This document shows, piece after piece, positions 29,991-40,405 of a DNA stretch of 58,389 nt. Numbering within the stretch: the stretch's first letter is position 1; every line of letters starts with the position of its first letter. A program made the position numbers and the translations under genes. The stretch spans positions 1 to 58,389 of the forward strand of contig JAVBMZ010000076.1 of NCBI GenBank assembly GCA_031551935.1, in the 5' to 3' direction. This DNA comes from Bacteroidales bacterium. GTDB lineage: Bacteria > Bacteroidota > Bacteroidia > Bacteroidales > UBA4181. The notes under the pieces are model-generated. The model was given only the letters and a program-made list of their open reading frames with translations. It was not told the DNA's origin and did no database searches.

Positions 29991-30940
29991 TATTTCTTTT
30001 TAAAAAGAGATTTAATATCGATAAAAGTGGGAAAAAGCAGCACCAATAAGTTTTTACGAGAAATATATTTTCGTAGACGAACTATTTGTTTAAAAATATA
30101 TAATCGTTCATGAAAGTTCAAAACGTGTGAATTATATATTGCAGGGTTTAGAATATATCTAACTAATCTATCAACAATAGTCTTCACCTGTTGATCAGCA
30201 TCCTGAACATATGCTAATAATTCATTTACTACAGTAAGATAACCTTTAATATTTTTATAACTATAACTCTGGGTCATGATAGAATCTTCCCTGAATCTTC
30301 TTTTAAAAAAAGCTCTAGGAACAAAACCAATTCTTTGAGCCTTAATGTATAATATGGCTGTAAATAATTCATCCTCATGGATAATACCAGGATAAAAATA
30401 CAACTGTAACTGTTGTAAAAAATCTCGTTTAATTAAATTCAACCACACAGAAGCAAGATAAAATTTTTTTTTCAACATGATGTCCAGAAGATCTATACCT
30501 GTATAGATCTTGTTATCGATATATTCCGTCCGTTGATAATTAAAATTCAGCAATAAATTTGCCTTTTCACTAAAAGCAGTTGCATCAAAAAAAACAAAAT
30601 CCAAATTATTGGTGTGACATACTTCATAACAACACATTAATGCATCATGATCCAGCAAATCATCACTATCCATAAAATATATATATTCTCCATTAGACTT
30701 AGTTAAACCTACATTTCTGGCTTCAGATTGGCCTTTATTTTGCTGAGTATGAACAAATATCCGATCATCCAACTCAGCTACACTCTCAACCACACGTAAA
30801 GAATCATCAGTCGAACCATCATCAATAACAATAATTTCAATATCCCTAATTGTCTGATTACAGATACTGAGAAGAGCATCTTTTACATATTTTTCTGTAT
30901 TATAAACGGGTATAATAATACTTATTTTCGGACTATTCAT
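29990..30940 (-). CDS. Glycosyltransferase family 2
   Basis: 316 aa. [14 protein letters not shown]...[10 protein letters not shown]...FMDSDD (DxD). Confidence 0.9.
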   Translation of the reverse strand: MNSPKISIIIPVYNTEKYVKDALLSICNQTIRDIEIIVIDDGSTDDSLRVVESVAELDDRIFVHTQQNKGQSEARNVGLTKSNGEYIYFMDSDDLLDHDALMCCYEVCHTNNLDFVFFDATAFSEKANLLLNFNYQRTEYIDNKIYTGIDLLDIMLKKKFYLASVWLNLIKRDFLQQLQLYFYPGIIHEDELFTAILYIKAQRIGFVPRAFFKRRFREDSIMTQSYSYKNIKGYLTVVNELLAYVQDADQQVKTIVDRLVRYILNPAIYNSHVLNFHERLYIFKQIVRLRKYISRKNLLVLLFPTFIDIKSLFKKK

Positions 30941-31574
30941 CTATTTTTTTCACTTTAATCCATTCTTTTTTGTCAAAATCATAACGTTTGATTACTTTAG
31001 CAGGATTACCAACAGCGACACTATATGAGGGAATATTCTTGGTCACAACACTTCCAGCTCCAACCTGAACTCTTTTACCAATATGAACACCAGCCACAAC
31101 TACAGTATTAGCACCAATGTGAGATTCGTCTTCAATAACTACTTCTTTCTTATCTAACGCTTGTTCATTCGAATCTCTCTCACCATCACTATATCCATGA
31201 TTGAATCCTGAAATAAAGACATGTTGTCCCAGTCCAACCCTTTTTCCTAATGTAACAGGTCCGATGAGCACCGATCCGATACCAACTCGCGCCTCATCTC
31301 CGATAATCACATCTCCCGCTCCATTATTGATGATCGTGAAATCTTCAATGGTGGCATATTTTCCTACCACAAATCTATTCCAAGGAAATATATCAATACG
31401 CGATCTTCGAGAACGAATGACAGCACCTTTCCCTTTTTGATATACAAAAGGATTGACAAACCATTTTATCCACCAACGTGGTTTTGGGTTTCTCGCCGGA
31501 GTTATCAAATAAATTATCCATTTTTTTAATCGATCACTTTGTTTTATTTTTGTTTTTACACTGCCTAAATTCAT
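30933..31574 (-). CDS. Hexapeptide-repeat (LbH) acyl/acetyltransferase
   Basis: 213 aa. Left-handed beta-helix repeats [31 protein letters not shown] and [43 protein letters not shown]. Confidence 0.85.
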   Translation of the reverse strand: MNLGSVKTKIKQSDRLKKWIIYLITPARNPKPRWWIKWFVNPFVYQKGKGAVIRSRRSRIDIFPWNRFVVGKYATIEDFTIINNGAGDVIIGDEARVGIGSVLIGPVTLGKRVGLGQHVFISGFNHGYSDGERDSNEQALDKKEVVIEDESHIGANTVVVAGVHIGKRVQVGAGSVVTKNIPSYSVAVGNPAKVIKRYDFDKKEWIKVKKIDE

Positions 31575-31752
31575 TTTAGTTCTTTGATTTTCTATAATTT
31601 ACATTAGTATTTAAACAATAGATTTTAACATTTACTCCATTATTTAACACATAAATTTGAATTATACATAACTATCATTTGTTTTTGCTAATTACGTCTA
31701 CCACAATGTAATTTGATTTGATTTGATTTAATTTATCTTATGAATAAAAACA

Positions 31753-32946
31753 TTAATTTTTTGTACGTCTTGCTCTTTCCCATTTTACATCCTGATTGTT
31801 GCAGATATACCGAAAAAATCCACTATATACGGCCAAATTCATAATGAAAAAATAATAGGGCACAAACAATATCTTCAGTTTAATTTGTTGGTTTTCCAAA
31901 AACCAACCTACCAATGCCATGATATAAAAACAAAGTTGCCCCCAAAATACAAGAGAGAAAAAAGTACAAGTAAACATTCCTACATGTAAAGCCAACACAA
32001 AATTACTAATGAGTAATAACAACAAGCATAACGGAGCCAATGTCCATCTCAACACTCGATGAGATATATATTGAAAAGAAAGTACTCCATATTTGAAAAT
32101 GTTTAATAGAGGAAGCAATCTAACAATGGATTGAATACCACCGGCAGTAATACGGATCTTTCGTTTTAGTTCTTCTTTTACATTCTCTGATGACATTTCA
32201 CATGCATACACATTTGGATCATATTGAGTCACACGTCCATGCATTGCTATCCTGAGTGAAATAATAAAATCATCTAAAATAGTATCTTTCTCCACTTCCG
32301 AAAAGTATTCACGACGAATAGCGAATAATTCTCCGGCAGCACCTACCACCGAATAAAGCCTGGCGTCATACTTTTTCAGAAAAGACTCATATTTCCAATA
32401 CAAACCTTCCCCTGCACTTGCTGCCATATCTTTATCCTTCTGGAAAATTCTTTTTTCTCCTGATACACATCCAACACCAGGATTAGCAAAAAGATCAACA
32501 ATACGTTGAATCGATTCTTTGCCCAACATCGTATTAGCATCGGAAAAAACAACAATTGGGGTATCGATCAACTTCATTCCCCTGTTCATTGCCGCAATTT
32601 TCCCTGCGCGTTCCGGTTGGTGATAAACTGTCACTTGTGGATATTGTTTCAATAATTCCGGTGTTCCATCATTAGAACCATCAGTTACCCATACCATTTT
32701 TAATTTGTTCATGGGATATTCTAATTCTTGGGAATTTTGTATCTTAGCAAATACATAGTCCTTCTCGTTGTAAGCGGTAACAAATAATGTAACTTCAGGC
32801 AATTCGGATGCAACAAATATGATTGGTTTCCCTTTAACCAATTCTTTAACCTTCACCAAAAGCCAAAGAATCACGACATATCCCACATATGTATATCCGA
32901 CGATAAAAACAGAAAGCCAAAAAATAACAGTAAACAAACAATCCAT
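31753..32946 (-). CDS. Membrane-embedded family-2 glycosyltransferase, synthase-like (QxxRW-type)
   Basis: N-terminal TM helix, VTLFVTAYNEKDYV, FSDANT, GAAGELFAIRR, ISHRVLRW, then C-terminal TM helices. I prefer the ATG at 32946 (2 nt after the upstream stop) to the track start at 32973. Confidence 0.8.
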   Translation of the reverse strand: MDCLFTVIFWLSVFIVGYTYVGYVVILWLLVKVKELVKGKPIIFVASELPEVTLFVTAYNEKDYVFAKIQNSQELEYPMNKLKMVWVTDGSNDGTPELLKQYPQVTVYHQPERAGKIAAMNRGMKLIDTPIVVFSDANTMLGKESIQRIVDLFANPGVGCVSGEKRIFQKDKDMAASAGEGLYWKYESFLKKYDARLYSVVGAAGELFAIRREYFSEVEKDTILDDFIISLRIAMHGRVTQYDPNVYACEMSSENVKEELKRKIRITAGGIQSIVRLLPLLNIFKYGVLSFQYISHRVLRWTLAPLCLLLLLISNFVLALHVGMFTCTFFSLVFWGQLCFYIMALVGWFLENQQIKLKILFVPYYFFIMNLAVYSGFFRYICNNQDVKWERARRTKN

Positions 32947-32948
32947 AA

Positions 32949-33602
32949 TCAAGGATGAAAAAATAAAACACAATATAAGTAAGCAAACATCTCATACACC
33001 ACTTCTCTCGCTCCCTCACTGGTATGCCACCAAGCGTTATGATCATATAAATTATCAGTGAAAGAAATAACACCAACATTCCATTCTGGTTTTAGGGCTT
33101 TTCGATATAATAAACCCGATCGTCTTCCATGTGTACCACTACAAATAATATTCAAATTTCCACCCATATAACCTTTTCCCTTCAGTTTGTTCTTAACGGC
33201 CAGCGCTGTTGTATAAGTACGCTCTTTATCTGTAGCTTTACTCGGTGCACTTAGTATATGTAATGAGTCTATCCCTTTAGATTTAAGAACTGCCGCATTA
33301 TAATCTGCATAATTATCATAGTTGGAACACATATTGCCTTTTATTAAAGGCAAACCTGCACACACAATCAATGGCGTATCCTTAAACTGACGAACAATAG
33401 TATCCAACACTGAATCCGGGACATAACCTTCAATCACTAATATCTGGGTATTAATAGGTTTGTTTTGTGCTAAAAAATCATGTATTGTATTTGCCCATAT
33501 CCATATCAATATGGTAATACCGAAACATACCATAAGCCACCCCACAACAGTCAGCCGCCTATGCTCACTAATCTTTGTTAACTGAAGTTCCATTAAAGGC
33601 AT
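32949..33602 (-). CDS. DUF218/YdcF/SanA-like membrane-anchored protein
   Basis: 217 aa. N-terminal TM helix (VVGWLMVCFGITILIWIW). ILVIEGYVPDS and NIICSGTHGRRSGLLYRKAL resemble the conserved blocks of DUF218 proteins. Confidence 0.5.
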   Translation of the reverse strand: MPLMELQLTKISEHRRLTVVGWLMVCFGITILIWIWANTIHDFLAQNKPINTQILVIEGYVPDSVLDTIVRQFKDTPLIVCAGLPLIKGNMCSNYDNYADYNAAVLKSKGIDSLHILSAPSKATDKERTYTTALAVKNKLKGKGYMGGNLNIICSGTHGRRSGLLYRKALKPEWNVGVISFTDNLYDHNAWWHTSEGAREVVYEMFAYLYCVLFFHP

Positions 33603-33639
33603 TTTTTTGATAAGTATACGTAGTTTGATCAGACATGTT

Positions 33640-35970
33640 TCACTGAATCTTTAATTGCGAATAAACTTTTTTGTAAATATTTAATACATTATGAGCTGTT
33701 ATATCCCATGAGAAATTTCTACATCGTATCAAGCCCAGAGCGACCAACCGGTCACCCTCCTGCGGGTATTTTTCGAGGAATAACATTTGACGTGCAATAT
33801 CTTTATAATCATAAGGAGAAGCATATAATACAGCATCCCCACCTATTTCGGGCATAGATGAAATATTTGAGGTGATTACGGGAGTTCCGCAAGCCATAGA
33901 CTCTAAAACAGGGATACCAAATCCTTCTCGTATGGATGGATATAGAAACATATCGGCTAAGGAATAAAATGCTGGCATATCCGCACTATTTATATATCCT
34001 AACAAAATAATTTTGTCTCTTAGATGAGATAAGCCTGCATCGACAATCTGCATTTCACAAGTATGTTTGTCATTATGAAGCATCACCAACATTTTTTTTA
34101 CGTCTGATTTTTTCCAATATTCAGCATAGGCCCTGAGGGTATTAGTAACATTTTTTCGTGGATCAGAATTACCAATAAAAGCAATATAATGTTCTGGCAA
34201 TTGATATTTTTGACGTATATTCATTTTAACCTGTAGATCTGTTATCGGTACAAAACGTTCACTAACTCCATTATACACCGTAGTAATCATTTCTGGGCGA
34301 ATATGCAATAAATTGACAATATTTTCTTTTTCTGTGTTGGAAACAGTAAATATATGCATACTTTTTGAGACAATCTTAGGTATCAAAAAATGACGATAAT
34401 AATGACCTATTTTTTGATACCATGTTTTATTTCTGGAGGTATTGGATAAGTCCTCAAGACTAATTGTATCATGTAAAGTCAGTATAAAAGGAATACGAGA
34501 TCGAAAAGGTGCAGTATTAGATGTACAATGTAAAAAATCTACTTTCATCGCCTTAGCCACCTTGGGAAGGCTAATTTGCTCCCAAACGGGATATAATTTA
34601 TTATTGATTTCACATATGGTAAAATTAGCAGTTTCCTTCAAACATTTATTTTCTCCAGGAGCCACGAAAATAACATATTCATTAGTTTGATCTATCTTTT
34701 GTAAACCTTGAATTAACTCCAACGTAACAACATCCATCCCGAATTTTTGTTTTCTAAACAACCTCTGTGCATCAATCCCAATATGCATAACATTTTTGGG
34801 TATAATATTATTAGTAACCACGAAATGCTCCGTAGCGTGAAACTTCTTAGTTGCTCCCCTTATCTTGAATAAAGACAAAATCATCAGCACGAATCCTTTG
34901 GGTAAATACCACAAAGATTTAAACAATTGTTTGTTATACATTTTCTTGGGAATGCTAACCAATAAACTAAAACAAACAAATACAACTATCATTAACCATA
35001 TGGTGGAATACCTACTAGGAAGAAAAATTACAGACAACAAGGAAAACAACAGAACTGTAGATAATAGAAATATTCTCGGCAAAAGAAAGTGTTGTAACAC
35101 TTTATCAAAAAAATCAAAATTTCCTCGAAAAAGTTGTATGAAACCTTCTTTAACATTGCTTCTTGCCTGCATTATTTGATTGGCAATCCAACGAGCACGC
35201 TGGGTAACAAATGAGTCCGCCTGTTGCGTTTTTTCATCTAATACTATTAAGTCATCAATATAAATTACAGGACATCCCTTTTTTAATAATTTCATTTCCA
35301 ACTCCTTGTCTTCTCCTGAAGACGAGATATCCAACATTTGTTCTTTATACAATTGATAATCAAAAGCCATCGCAGAACCAATCAGTGCTGAAGACAACCC
35401 TAATGCTGCATGTCCGCGCCTAAACAACTGATTATTGATCTCTTCACTTGCTGCGTCTAATACAGCTAAAGATGTGTTGGTATTCTTAGCTGTACGATGC
35501 GTCTGAATAACTTGTATCCCCGTTTCAAAAGCATCATTAAGCCGTTGCAAATAATCTGTGTTTTGTATTAGGTTATCTGAGTCAAGAATCAATGCGACAT
35601 CATAACAACTGGGCAATTGAGACATGATGGTATTTAATGCCAAAGCTTTTGTACGATTTGCGTCAGAAAATTCTATCACCTTAATTGGCTTGGCTTTCAA
35701 TCGACGAAGAACGTCTTCGGCTAAACTATCTGCAATAATAATAATATCGAATTTAGGATAGTTTTGTAACAATACATTGTTAGCTAAATCTTCTATCACC
35801 ATGTCTGCTTTATATGCAGGCACAAGTATGGCAAAATTCCTATAATTATTTGATTTCGGATAGGTAGGATTTTTGTAAAATAATCCTGCAACCGCATATA
35901 CAACGATATATATAGCACAAAAGATGTAATATCCGGTAACTAAGAAAAAGAGTACTTTTAAAACTAACAT
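33640..35970 (-). CDS. Bifunctional glycosyltransferase: N-terminal membrane GT2 (QxxRW) fused to C-terminal GT4
   Basis: 776 aa. GT2 part: AILVPAYKAD, LDSDN, GSAMAF, EDKEL, QRARW, followed by TM helices. GT4 part: TLHD..., EGFGIPVLESMACGTPVITSNISSMPEIGGDA (EX7E region). Confidence 0.85.
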   Translation of the reverse strand: MLVLKVLFFLVTGYYIFCAIYIVVYAVAGLFYKNPTYPKSNNYRNFAILVPAYKADMVIEDLANNVLLQNYPKFDIIIIADSLAEDVLRRLKAKPIKVIEFSDANRTKALALNTIMSQLPSCYDVALILDSDNLIQNTDYLQRLNDAFETGIQVIQTHRTAKNTNTSLAVLDAASEEINNQLFRRGHAALGLSSALIGSAMAFDYQLYKEQMLDISSSGEDKELEMKLLKKGCPVIYIDDLIVLDEKTQQADSFVTQRARWIANQIMQARSNVKEGFIQLFRGNFDFFDKVLQHFLLPRIFLLSTVLLFSLLSVIFLPSRYSTIWLMIVVFVCFSLLVSIPKKMYNKQLFKSLWYLPKGFVLMILSLFKIRGATKKFHATEHFVVTNNIIPKNVMHIGIDAQRLFRKQKFGMDVVTLELIQGLQKIDQTNEYVIFVAPGENKCLKETANFTICEINNKLYPVWEQISLPKVAKAMKVDFLHCTSNTAPFRSRIPFILTLHDTISLEDLSNTSRNKTWYQKIGHYYRHFLIPKIVSKSMHIFTVSNTEKENIVNLLHIRPEMITTVYNGVSERFVPITDLQVKMNIRQKYQLPEHYIAFIGNSDPRKNVTNTLRAYAEYWKKSDVKKMLVMLHNDKHTCEMQIVDAGLSHLRDKIILLGYINSADMPAFYSLADMFLYPSIREGFGIPVLESMACGTPVITSNISSMPEIGGDAVLYASPYDYKDIARQMLFLEKYPQEGDRLVALGLIRCRNFSWDITAHNVLNIYKKVYSQLKIQ

Positions 35971-35974
35971 ATGT

Positions 35975-36898
35975 TTATGCTAAATGTCCATAATCACAAA
36001 CTTCTGAACGGCACATATTTTTTATATTCCAAAACCATGCACGTAACACTGTTTTGGCATGATTAAATTGACCATGTATTCCAAATATCAATATGTTCTT
36101 AGGCATAGCTAAAAACATTTGGTACATCACAGCAAATATTTTTTGCATCCCAGAGGTATTACAACGGATATATAATACCCTGTTTCGATTAAGGTAATAA
36201 GTTTGTAACGGACTACTTTTCCCTGTAGATAATGATTCCTTATGAAGAATAAATGCATCGGGAACATACATAATCTTGTATCCGACATTTTTGATACGTG
36301 TACTCCAATCCAATTCCTCATAATATAAAAAATAGTGTTCATTCATAAGTCCAGCCTTCTTAATTGCTTCACGACTAACCATCATGGCTGCCCCATGAGC
36401 AAACGCACTGTCTTTTTGCACGTTATACTGTCCTCTATCCTGTTCACCATAACCAATACAACGATTGCGAAACGTATACTTGGATAAATCAGTATATCCC
36501 GCAAATTGGATGACATTAGGATCTGTATAAAATTTAATTTTAGGACAAACAACCCCAATGGACATATCCTCCTGTAATACAGACAATAAACGCTCTATAT
36601 TACCTAAAGGAATAATAGTATCATTGTTCAATAAATAAATATATTCGCCTCTTGCCTTTTTAATAGCCACATTATTTCCTCCCGCAAAACCCGTATTGTA
36701 TCTATTTTTAATAAATATAATTTCAGGAAAGCGTTCTTTTATGATTTCCGGATGATCATTTGGCGAGGCATTATCCACCACAATCACTTCTAAATTAGAA
36801 TACCCACAAGCATAAAGCGACTCTAACATATCGCAAGTTGCCTGAGATTGATTGAAGTTGACAGTAACAATAGAAACTAATGGTCGATTATGGTTCAT
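35975..36898 (-). CDS. Glycosyltransferase family 2
   Basis: 307 aa. VSIVTVNFNQSQ...VVDNASPND...LLNNDT. Confidence 0.9.
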   Translation of the reverse strand: MNHNRPLVSIVTVNFNQSQATCDMLESLYACGYSNLEVIVVDNASPNDHPEIIKERFPEIIFIKNRYNTGFAGGNNVAIKKARGEYIYLLNNDTIIPLGNIERLLSVLQEDMSIGVVCPKIKFYTDPNVIQFAGYTDLSKYTFRNRCIGYGEQDRGQYNVQKDSAFAHGAAMMVSREAIKKAGLMNEHYFLYYEELDWSTRIKNVGYKIMYVPDAFILHKESLSTGKSSPLQTYYLNRNRVLYIRCNTSGMQKIFAVMYQMFLAMPKNILIFGIHGQFNHAKTVLRAWFWNIKNMCRSEVCDYGHLA

Positions 36899-38324
36899 TT
36901 GAGGATGTTAACTCTTTATCAATACGTTGTGCACTAAATATTACTGCAGTAAAGAAAAAAAATAGCATGGCTGATGGATGTTGAAAAAGAATAGAGCCTC
37001 CATAATGCGCAATACTCATACCAGCTATTCCAGCAATCATAGCAATTAAAACTGTTCGTAGCCAATCATTTTTTATTTCAAACCAAACTAAATAAGTTCC
37101 TTTTAATAATATATATATTAGTATGGAGATAAACAAGCACACGCCAACAATTCCCTGTTCACCCCATATGAGCACAAATCCACTATCCGGCGGAGTTTCG
37201 CCTAAAAAAGTACCTGGAACTCCCGGATACATAGAACCGATACCTTCTCCAAAAGGACGATCAGCTAAATAAGCTTTAAACAATTGTTGATTAGACTTTC
37301 GAACTACATAAGATGCATCTTCTTCAGGTTGAAAAGCACTCCGCATACGTCTTATGTTGTAGTTATCATGCCCAATGTATGTAAACATCATAAAATATAT
37401 AAATGCTCCGCCACATAACAATCCAATGAGCAACAATTTAATATTCTTAACTAAAAACAGGTAAATCACACCTCCTACTATTAATACAAACATAGCTCCT
37501 CTTGTGCCACTAATAAACATCCCATATACCCCGGTTAAACACATCAATAAATAAAATAGACGTTTCATGGGTTGTTTTTCTCCCAGAAAAAGTATTGCAC
37601 CACAGAGACCTGCACAAGCCTGACTTGCACCAAATTGTCCTGCATCACTTAAAAAAGAAAATACCCTTAACTGACCGAATAATAAATGAGTGTTTCTCAT
37701 AGAGCCAGCAAGAAGAATTCTCTCAGTTGTATCAAGTCTAATATTCAATTGAATAAATCCTTTCAATGTCATTAGTATAGATAAGATTCCCCAGCAAATA
37801 AGAAATATATTGATTTGCTTTTTATGAAGCAACAAACAAAATAAAGGAACAGAAAATATCATATATAAAAAAGGCCTGACACCAATCAACCAACTTGTAA
37901 AACCTGGACTCTGAGGATTAAATAGTGTACTAACAAGATATAATGCCCATATTATAAAAACGATAATCGGTGCATCGCTCATGTTTTTCCATTCTACTTT
38001 TTCCGAAAAGCTTTTCAAAAAAATGATTGTATAGGTGTATATGAGAAGTATATCTACAATAAACCCCACGGGGAATGCTCCTTTAACAAAATAGCGGTCT
38101 AATGCAAACAGGAAAAAGCAATAAACAAATAGTATGTATAATGATATAATAGGTTGACGATAAGTAATAACCAAAAAAAGTATTCCCCCTGATAATAATA
38201 AAAATATCAATCCTGCATATATCCCTATAGTGCTTATTACAAATGCAAGTAATACAAGTGCAAACAGCCCACCACCCATCCACAGCCACTTTGGAAATTG
38301 TGAAATAGAGGAATGTGTTTTCAT
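36888..38324 (-). CDS. wzy: O-antigen polymerase/ligase-like polytopic membrane protein (Wzy-type)
   Basis: 478 aa, at least 10 hydrophobic helices. The central FISGTRGAMFVLIVGG block resembles the Wzy_C/O-antigen ligase domain. It sits between the PCP and GT genes. Confidence 0.7.
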   Translation of the reverse strand: MKTHSSISQFPKWLWMGGGLFALVLLAFVISTIGIYAGLIFLLLSGGILFLVITYRQPIISLYILFVYCFFLFALDRYFVKGAFPVGFIVDILLIYTYTIIFLKSFSEKVEWKNMSDAPIIVFIIWALYLVSTLFNPQSPGFTSWLIGVRPFLYMIFSVPLFCLLLHKKQINIFLICWGILSILMTLKGFIQLNIRLDTTERILLAGSMRNTHLLFGQLRVFSFLSDAGQFGASQACAGLCGAILFLGEKQPMKRLFYLLMCLTGVYGMFISGTRGAMFVLIVGGVIYLFLVKNIKLLLIGLLCGGAFIYFMMFTYIGHDNYNIRRMRSAFQPEEDASYVVRKSNQQLFKAYLADRPFGEGIGSMYPGVPGTFLGETPPDSGFVLIWGEQGIVGVCLFISILIYILLKGTYLVWFEIKNDWLRTVLIAMIAGIAGMSIAHYGGSILFQHPSAMLFFFFTAVIFSAQRIDKELTSSNEP

Positions 38325-38338
38325 ATCATAATTTTGTT

Positions 38339-40399
38339 TTAGGAAATTTTTCCGAGCACGTCTTCTACTACGTCTTTGGTCACATCATTCAAAATTATGT
38401 AAGGTGTTATTCCAGAAATCTTAATAAATCCATCTATTGCACTTTGATCGGCTTTAGTCCATTCCCTATTAGCCTCACAAATTAAAAATGCAACATTAAA
38501 TTGTCTAATCAATGTAATGGGATAATCATTCAGGATCAAGGATGGCAATTCTAAAATAAGCACATCTGTTTCATTCAATCGTTCAACTGGCACTAAATCT
38601 TCAGCTTTAGATTGATAAAAAGCACTATCTATCTTATAGTTGACTACTGACCAACTACCAGAATCAAGATAAGGGACAACAACCAAACACTTTTTCCCTT
38701 TCTGAAGTAATCGTTCGCATAATAGATTACTAATAGTTGTTTTTCCTTCGGAAGGCCGAGTACTAATAATCAATACTCGTTGTTGACTTTGTTGATTAGA
38801 AATATATATATTCCTGAGAATCGTATCACTTAAACCATCGCTGATTTGTTCCGAGTTTTTATATCCAGTTAATTCTTTGATGTTGGGAAATATACCACCT
38901 ATTTTTAAACCTGTAGCTTCTTCTGCTCTCTGAGGAGTTTTGATGTCAGCGTTGAAATATGCCAACAAAAGGCAAATCGCAGCCGGTATCAGGAACCCCA
39001 TCATCCCCCCCATAACAATATACAATTTTCGATAACTTGTTTTAGACATTAAAGGGTAATTGGGTTTATCTATTATTTGAATCGTAGAAAGAGACTGTTG
39101 ATCTTGTTGACGCATTTTACTTTGGTTCAAGTTTTGTAAAGCTGCTAAATAAGCCTTTTCATTAATGTCTATCTCTCTTTGAATACGCTTTAGCGTATCG
39201 CCTAATGGTAAAAACTGGCTATATTGTCCTATGGTTTCATTCCTTCGACTTTCTAATGCTTTTAATCGAGCTTTACTTTCTTCGTATGAAATCATTTTCG
39301 TAAAATATTCGGATACAACCTTATCACTAGCAACACCCCCAGAAGCTGCACCGGACATTTCTGCCATATCTCGATTCAATTCTTCCTTAATCTGGTCCAC
39401 CTGCAAACGCAAATTAGCAATTCTCTCTGGAGAGTTATTATTTAATTCGGCCATGCTCAGTTGATTGGATAATCGGCTTAATTGTTCCCGCTTGTCCAAA
39501 ATTTCCCTGTTTTTTAAGGTTTGTGCCTGAGAACCTAACTGGCTTTCTATATTTTTGAGAGCCGCTTCAGTAGCATAAATCACCTCTTGTTCCGCATGGA
39601 TTTGATTTAAAATATTTTCCCGTTGAGCTATCACAATATCGGTTTGGGCATCGTAATTAACCAAATTATTTGCTTTTTTAAACCATAGATCTTTTTCTTC
39701 TGATTTTTTTAATTGTTGACGCGCCAATTCTAGTTGTTTCTCAAAGTATGCAACCACTGAATCTGTTTGACTCTCATTGATTTTCCTAAAATTACGAATA
39801 CTCGCATCAATGAGAATCTCCAGTGTTTTTTGACAGATCCCCTGATCTTCAGAAGGGTAAATTAATTTAACAATATCACTATTCATGACTCTTGTAACTG
39901 TCACTTTGGATAATGCCGGAATGCTGTAGTATGCAGCTGGATAATTAATTTGCGCAATAAGATAAGGATGTGAATCTGAAATAGAGTCAAGCCGTCTATA
40001 AGTTTCTTCTGGGTTTTTTGTTATTAATTGTTGAATGTCTGTTGGAATCTGCTGTTTTATATATTCAAGGTGTTCTATAGTTATTAACTTCGGATCAGCT
40101 TTTTCAAGAGTTAAATGCAACGATAACAACCTCAATCCAACCTCCTTAAGAGTTTGTCTACTTTTAACAATGTTCAATAAATTATCAAAAGCGTAACGCG
40201 ATGTATTGTCTGGTCTGTTTTGAATGACACTTTCCATAGAATAGCCGGAAGCAATCCCCGTATAAACAGTAGCTTCAGATTCATATTCTTTGGGCATATT
40301 TCTTGTAAAAAAAATCACCAATATTACAGTGATTATGGGACACACAATAAGAATAAACGCATGTTTCAACAATGTATTGAATATATTCCGAATATCCAT
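38339..40399 (-). CDS. Polysaccharide co-polymerase (Wzz/GumC-like) with a C-terminal degenerate BY-kinase-like P-loop domain
   Basis: 686 aa. TM1 (FILIVCPIITVILVIFF) plus PKEYESEATVY (Wzz motif), a long coiled-coil periplasmic region, TM2 (LYIVMGGMMGFLIPAAICLLLAYF), then VLIISTRPSEGKTTISNLL (Walker A-like) and DVLILELPS. There is no C-terminal Tyr cluster. Confidence 0.8.
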   Translation of the reverse strand: MDIRNIFNTLLKHAFILIVCPIITVILVIFFTRNMPKEYESEATVYTGIASGYSMESVIQNRPDNTSRYAFDNLLNIVKSRQTLKEVGLRLLSLHLTLEKADPKLITIEHLEYIKQQIPTDIQQLITKNPEETYRRLDSISDSHPYLIAQINYPAAYYSIPALSKVTVTRVMNSDIVKLIYPSEDQGICQKTLEILIDASIRNFRKINESQTDSVVAYFEKQLELARQQLKKSEEKDLWFKKANNLVNYDAQTDIVIAQRENILNQIHAEQEVIYATEAALKNIESQLGSQAQTLKNREILDKREQLSRLSNQLSMAELNNNSPERIANLRLQVDQIKEELNRDMAEMSGAASGGVASDKVVSEYFTKMISYEESKARLKALESRRNETIGQYSQFLPLGDTLKRIQREIDINEKAYLAALQNLNQSKMRQQDQQSLSTIQIIDKPNYPLMSKTSYRKLYIVMGGMMGFLIPAAICLLLAYFNADIKTPQRAEEATGLKIGGIFPNIKELTGYKNSEQISDGLSDTILRNIYISNQQSQQRVLIISTRPSEGKTTISNLLCERLLQKGKKCLVVVPYLDSGSWSVVNYKIDSAFYQSKAEDLVPVERLNETDVLILELPSLILNDYPITLIRQFNVAFLICEANREWTKADQSAIDGFIKISGITPYIILNDVTKDVVEDVLGKIS

Positions 40400-40405
40400 T
40401 ATAAC

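Noticed and set aside
32846-33079. 77-aa minus-strand ORF spanning the DUF218-like / GT2 junction, and the 32973 start of the GT2 gene
   Set aside because: It is out of frame with, and overlaps, two better-supported genes. The GT2 most plausibly starts at 32946, 2 nt after the upstream stop.
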